From the NCBI GenBank assembly GCA_050015395.1, contig JBEKBM010000021.1, positions 1-53,010 of the forward strand: a stretch of DNA of 53,010 bases, given 5' to 3'. Both the position numbers and the translations under genes were made by a program. The notes under the pieces were generated by a model, which was given only the letters and a program-made list of their open reading frames with translations, did no database searches and was not told the DNA's origin. This document shows positions 48,786-53,010 of this stretch, piece by piece (position 1 is the first letter of the stretch; each line of letters opens with the position of its first letter). Origin of the DNA: Candidatus Bathyarchaeia archaeon. GTDB taxonomy: Archaea > Thermoproteota > Bathyarchaeia > Bathyarchaeales > Bathycorpusculaceae.

Positions 48786-49847
48786 ATGTATCCCTTAAAA
48801 AACGTGGAATCCATGAAAAACATGCAGAGCAAGCAGCGAAAAGATGAAAATTACTGTTTAGGCATAGAATCCTCAGCAGACGATTTCGGCGTTGGAATAG
48901 CCGCCTTCAACGGAGAAATACTCGCCAACAAATCAGACAGTTACATACCGGCGGAAGGCGGAATCCACCCTAGAGAAGCAGCAAGGCACCACTCCGAAGT
49001 GGCTGATAAAGTGCTAAGTGACGCCTTAACGGCGGCGGGCGTGAAGTCAAGTGACTTGTCGGTTATCGCGTTTTCTCAGGGTCCAGGTTTAGGACCATGC
49101 TTGCGCACAGGTGCTACTGTTGCCAGAGCTTTAGCTTCGTACCTTGAGGTTCCGCTTGTTGGTGTTAACCATTCTGTGGCGCATATTGAGATTGGGAAAC
49201 TGAAGACTGGCGTTGTTGACCCAGTGACCCTTTACGCTTCAGGCGGCAACACTATGGTGACGGCTTTTGAGGCTGGGCGCTACAGAGTTTTCGGTGAAAC
49301 CTTAGATATTGCGCTTGGGAACTGTTTGGATGTTTTTGCTCGGGAAGCTGGTCTTAAGCATCGGAAGGGTTTGCCGCTTGGGGCTGCCGTGGAGCGGTTG
49401 GCAGCTAATGGGAAAAGGCTGGTTTCTTTGCCGTATGTTGTGAAGGGCATGGACTTATCTCTTAGCGGCTTGTTGACTGCGGCAACAGCTCTTCTGCACA
49501 GGGGCGATTGCTGCTTGGAGGATTTGTGTTATAGTCTGCAGGAGAACGCTTTTTCGATGGTTACTGAAGTTACCGAACGAGCGTTAGCGCATACGGAGAA
49601 GAAGGAAGTTTTGCTGACAGGCGGGGTAGCAGCCAATAAACGGTTGCAATCCATGCTTGCTGTTATCGCGGAGGAGCATGATGCACGGTTCAGTGTGGTT
49701 CCGCTTGAGTTTGCAACTGACAACGGCGCCATGATTGCTTGGACTGGCGTTTTAGCTTACAGGCACGGGTTGGTTACGCCTTTGGATGAAAGTTATGTGA
49801 AGCTTCGGTGGCGGGTGGATAAGGTGGATGTGCCATGGATACAGTAG
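48786..49847 (+). CDS. kae1: KEOPS t6A synthase Kae1
   Basis: LGIESSAD, GGIHPREAARHH, GPGLGPCL, NHSVAHIE, GGVAAN, DNGAMI; true start may be 48813 or 48822. Confidence 0.96.
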   Translation: MYPLKNVESMKNMQSKQRKDENYCLGIESSADDFGVGIAAFNGEILANKSDSYIPAEGGIHPREAARHHSEVADKVLSDALTAAGVKSSDLSVIAFSQGPGLGPCLRTGATVARALASYLEVPLVGVNHSVAHIEIGKLKTGVVDPVTLYASGGNTMVTAFEAGRYRVFGETLDIALGNCLDVFAREAGLKHRKGLPLGAAVERLAANGKRLVSLPYVVKGMDLSLSGLLTAATALLHRGDCCLEDLCYSLQENAFSMVTEVTERALAHTEKKEVLLTGGVAANKRLQSMLAVIAEEHDARFSVVPLEFATDNGAMIAWTGVLAYRHGLVTPLDESYVKLRWRVDKVDVPWIQ

Positions 49848-50494
49848 CCGAGCAAACGCTGTTTAAGAAGGGCGCTGAAGCTAGCCTCTATCTTGCCGAT
49901 TGGCATGGGCGAAGGGTGGTCGTCAAGGTGCGAATCCCAAAAAGGTACCGTCCCGAGGCGTTGGATGAGCAGATTCGAAGTTACCGCACAGTGCATGAGC
50001 CGCAGTTGATGCATGAAGCGAAAGCTGCTGGCGTGCCGACTCCGCTGATTTACATGGTTAACATTCCTGAAGCTTCGATTACGATGGAGTTTGTGGAAGG
50101 ACAACAGATTAAGCAACTACTGAACAAGGTTCAACAGGACAAACGGCAGGAATTATGCGTTAGAATCGGCGAATTAATCGGAAAACTACACAGGCAAGGC
50201 TTAATCCACGGCGACCTAACAACATCAAACATGATTCTGAGCCCTGAGGACAAAATCTTTTTTGTTGACTTCGGTTTAGGCGAAAAAAATAGCGAGTTAG
50301 AGGCAGAGGGCGTAGATTTGCATTTGATGAAGCGGGCGCTGCAGAGTACGCATTACCAGTTCTGGGAAGAATGCTTCAGAAATGTGTTGTGCGGTTACTC
50401 GTCGGTTCTGGGCTCGGAAGCAGCGGAAAAGGTTTATGAGAAAATCAAAGAGATAGAGAGGCGTGGCCGCTATGTCGAAGAAAGAAAACAATAA
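49835..50494 (+). CDS. bud32: KEOPS kinase Bud32
   Basis: KGAEA, RTVHE, IHGDLTTSN, VDFGL, VDLHL. Confidence 0.95.
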   Translation: MDTVAEQTLFKKGAEASLYLADWHGRRVVVKVRIPKRYRPEALDEQIRSYRTVHEPQLMHEAKAAGVPTPLIYMVNIPEASITMEFVEGQQIKQLLNKVQQDKRQELCVRIGELIGKLHRQGLIHGDLTTSNMILSPEDKIFFVDFGLGEKNSELEAEGVDLHLMKRALQSTHYQFWEECFRNVLCGYSSVLGSEAAEKVYEKIKEIERRGRYVEERKQ

Positions 50495-51098
50495 CCAAAG
50501 CTGCAACCTCAACGGCAAGGTTGTCTTTTTTGCCACAGGCAACATTAACAAGTTCAGTGAGGCACGTAGCATCCTAAGCAGTTACGGCTTTGCGGTCGCA
50601 ATGCTGCGCGTGAAGGGAGAAGAGATCCAAAGCGACAGCCTGAAAGAAATCGCCCAAACAAGCGCCGTAAACGCGTTTAAGCGAAGCCGCTTGCCAATTT
50701 TCGTGGAAGATGCAGGTTTATTTATTGATGCCCTGAGCGGTTTTCCGGGTCCTTATGCTGCTTACGTGTACAAGACAATTCACAACAGCGGCATACTACG
50801 GTTGATGGAGAACATGGCGAATAGGCATGCGAGATTCCATTCAGTTATAGCCTACTGCGACGAAACCCTTTGCGAACCAAAGTGTTTTGACGGTGAATCC
50901 AATGGCGAAATAACCACAACCGAACGCAAACCGCAGGGAAAATCAGCTTTCGGCTTTGACCCGATTTTTCAGCCCGTTGGAAGCAGTAAGTCGTTTGCGG
51001 AAATGACTATTGAAGAGAAGAATGGTTACTCGCATAGGGCGATGGCTATACGGAAATTTGCTGAATGGTACAAACAAAGCTTATTCTCAAAAAAGTGA
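50472..51098 (+). CDS. rdgB: Non-canonical purine NTP pyrophosphatase (RdgB/HAM1)
   Basis: ATGNINKF.E, EDAGL, GFPGPY, FGFDPIF, KNGYSHR. Confidence 0.94.
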   Translation: MSKKENNNQSCNLNGKVVFFATGNINKFSEARSILSSYGFAVAMLRVKGEEIQSDSLKEIAQTSAVNAFKRSRLPIFVEDAGLFIDALSGFPGPYAAYVYKTIHNSGILRLMENMANRHARFHSVIAYCDETLCEPKCFDGESNGEITTTERKPQGKSAFGFDPIFQPVGSSKSFAEMTIEEKNGYSHRAMAIRKFAEWYKQSLFSKK

Positions 51099-51128
51099 TT
51101 TATAGACCTTAAGGCTAATACTAGCTTT

Positions 51129-51338
51129 ATGAAAGAGTTGACTTTCTACGTTACTGATGCTGAAAAAATAAACAAAAAATACAGTGGAAAACACATTGCG
51201 ATAGTTGATGACAAAGTAGTAGCAAGTGGAAGCGACCCAAAGGAAGTCTGGGAGAAAGCCAAAAAGAAATATCCAAACAAACAGCCGGTTTTGGCTTTCG
51301 TACCTAAAGAAGACGCATTGGTGCTCATGATTGGTTGA
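51129..51338 (+). CDS. DUF5678-like small protein
   Basis: KYSGKHIAIVDDKVVASG...EV...AKKKYP pattern. Confidence 0.75.
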   Translation: MKELTFYVTDAEKINKKYSGKHIAIVDDKVVASGSDPKEVWEKAKKKYPNKQPVLAFVPKEDALVLMIG

Positions 51339-51792
51339 GTTTACCTATCGAAATCGCATAATATTTTTTACTTTCTTACCTTAAAAAGATACTCATATGA
51401 TGCGTAATTCAAAGGTTTCTATCATTTGAATCCCATAAGCAAAATATTTCTCTTGGCAATACTGAAAATTTTAGAGCCCGCCCTTTGAAGAATTTTCGGT
51501 TTTTTCCTTATTAAGGGGATTACTTTTAAGTAAACTAAACCGTAAACATGGACTATCCCTGAGTAGTCCGTTTCTGTAGCAACGGAGTTTGCGTTTTCCA
51601 TTTTAGTTCACCGAAAGAAGGCAGTCTCTTCAGCCATATGTGACCTTCGGCATTTTTCTGCTAATTGCTCAGGTACTATTAGAACCTTAAGCGCGCATGC
51701 CTGTTGCGTTTAGGAACAATGCTTCGTCCACTGAGTTCTAGCAAAAAATTAAAAACACAAACCTCTGTAACTCAGATATTGGTGTCTGAAAT

Positions 51793-52032
51793 ATGGGTGA
51801 AGATGAAGATTTGAAAGAGTTGAAAGAGTTAGCTAGAGAAATAGTCTTTACGTACAAGATAATGTGGGATGAAGTAGAACGCCAATTTCCAGAATTATCC
51901 GTTGAGGATCGCCATCGAATCTTTTCCCTCATATCGCCTTGCATAAACAACATGTTCGCCATGGCGATGAATGAAGGTGCAATGGAAGACTTTGCTAAAA
52001 CCCAAGATAAAAGCAAGATGAAAAGGAGGTAA
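51793..52032 (+). CDS. Hypothetical helical protein
   Basis: ATG after GGTGT; apparent operon with the next gene. Confidence 0.6.
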   Translation: MGEDEDLKELKELAREIVFTYKIMWDEVERQFPELSVEDRHRIFSLISPCINNMFAMAMNEGAMEDFAKTQDKSKMKRR

Positions 52033-52043
52033 GTGTCGGCTCT

Positions 52044-52301
52044 ATGTCCGATCGACCCCAACCTAGAGTGAGCTTCAGAGACAGACTCGTCAACGGGGAC
52101 TTCTTGACTTTAACTGTTTGGGCGGGCAAGTCTGATCCAAAGGCAGAGGTAATTACGGTGCAAATACGTCACCTTAATGGCGACGTTTGGGAGACCATTG
52201 GAAGGCTGGCAGCTTACAGGACAGCCGATGGAATCTACTCACAACTTCCAGAACGCAGAATACAGAAACAGGACAACGGAAATCCCAAATCAGAAACTTG
52301 A
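52044..52301 (+). CDS. Hypothetical beta-rich protein (possible nucleic-acid binder)
   Basis: GGAGGT RBS; alternating beta pattern DFLTLTVW, EVITVQIR, GRLAAYR. Confidence 0.6.
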   Translation: MSDRPQPRVSFRDRLVNGDFLTLTVWAGKSDPKAEVITVQIRHLNGDVWETIGRLAAYRTADGIYSQLPERRIQKQDNGNPKSET

Positions 52302-52493
52302 GATTCCTACCATTAAAAACGATAACCAACCAAAACGATTCAGCTTATTTCCTGCGTTTAGCCCGCAAACTTACGGGTTTTCCGAAATTTAGTTTAAACC
52401 TTCACCGATTAAGAGTAAGTTGTTCAGCCATAAATGGCCTTCGTCTTTTACCAACATATTTCAACACATAATATCGGGACAAGGCAGCGCGCT

Positions 52494-53010
52494 TGTGTTA
52501 AGTCAAGTTTCTAACGTTACATCTTTTTATCCTTAGTAGATACATAATTGGTTGTCTGGTGATGGTGTGAGGTTATCTCCTGACATTAGGGGAGCCTTCA
52601 GAAAGCTTGCCAAGACGGATTTAACAGTCACCAGCATCGCACAAATGTTTAACACTACCAGGCAAACCGTGTAGAGGTGGCTAAGAAGAGGCAAGCATCG
52701 TGGATTGGAAACCTTCAAAGACAAGCCCAGACAGCCTAAAGAGTGCAAAGTCACAGCTGAAGTTGAGCTGTCCATTTTAAAACTGAGAACTACCTTCAAA
52801 TGGGGAACCGCACGCATACAACAAGGCCTCTGCAACTTGCCACCCTTCATGCTGGATTCTGTACAGTGCGTTCAAGGAGTAGTGCTCTCCAGAGAAACTA
52901 TAAACAACGTACTGTCAAGGAACAATCAAAACGGGTATCAGCGTGAGTTTAAGCGATGGAAGTTCTTTAGGGCACAGGCGCCTGATGAGCTGTGGCAGAT
53001 AGACTTTAAG
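52494..53010 (+). mobile_element. IS481-family-like insertion sequence, left part; transposase (from 52567) interrupted by an in-frame TAG
   Basis: GTG at 52567 after GGTGA gives MRLSPDIR...SIAQMFNTTRQTV*RWLRR (HTH)...WGTARI...TINNVL...APDELWQIDFK (start of the rve/DDE core); candidate left end TGT at 52494. Confidence 0.82.

Noticed and set aside
52672-52674. Pyrrolysine recoding of the transposase TAG
   Set aside because: No pyl genes in the window, TAG is a normal stop for several genes here, and a one-step mutation from a Tyr codon is simpler
52533-52850. 105-aa minus-strand ORF
   Set aside because: Antisense to the transposase frame
1-53010. tRNA, rRNA, SRP or RNase P genes
   Set aside because: No cloverleaf/T-loop signatures or GC-rich structural RNA blocks were recognised by eye; tRNAscan-SE/Infernal would be needed to exclude them

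Overview
Archaeal chromosomal window. The gene content (archaeal-type ThrRS and ProRS, aMBF1, NAC, S17e, FEN1, EF-1beta, Cdc48, TFE-beta/RPC34 homolog, arcadin-1, Kae1/Bud32), the GGTGA/GAAGTGA ribosome-binding sites and the many TTG/GTG starts point to a TACK archaeon, most likely Bathyarchaeia (inference). Most of the window is housekeeping genes for translation, tRNA modification, proteostasis, NAD and amino-sugar metabolism, interrupted by small accessory insertions. These are: an 8-repeat PQQ-type beta-propeller surface protein; a three-gene candidate defence locus (wHTH-fused SPPY DNA methyltransferase convergent with a catalytically degenerate double-LAGLIDADG protein and a small PD-(D/E)XK nuclease); an AT-rich membrane/surface-protein island with repeated promoter modules and a frameshifted gene; two orphan genes whose downstream partners are truncated; a SAM methyltransferase bracketed by 15-bp direct repeats; a divergent micro-gene pair with operator-like repeats; and an IS481-like transposase with an in-frame stop at the right edge. 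The best candidate for an undescribed system is the MTase/LAGLIDADG/nuclease locus (9576-12594). No tRNA, rRNA or CRISPR array was recognised. All product calls come from motif recognition by eye, with no database search.
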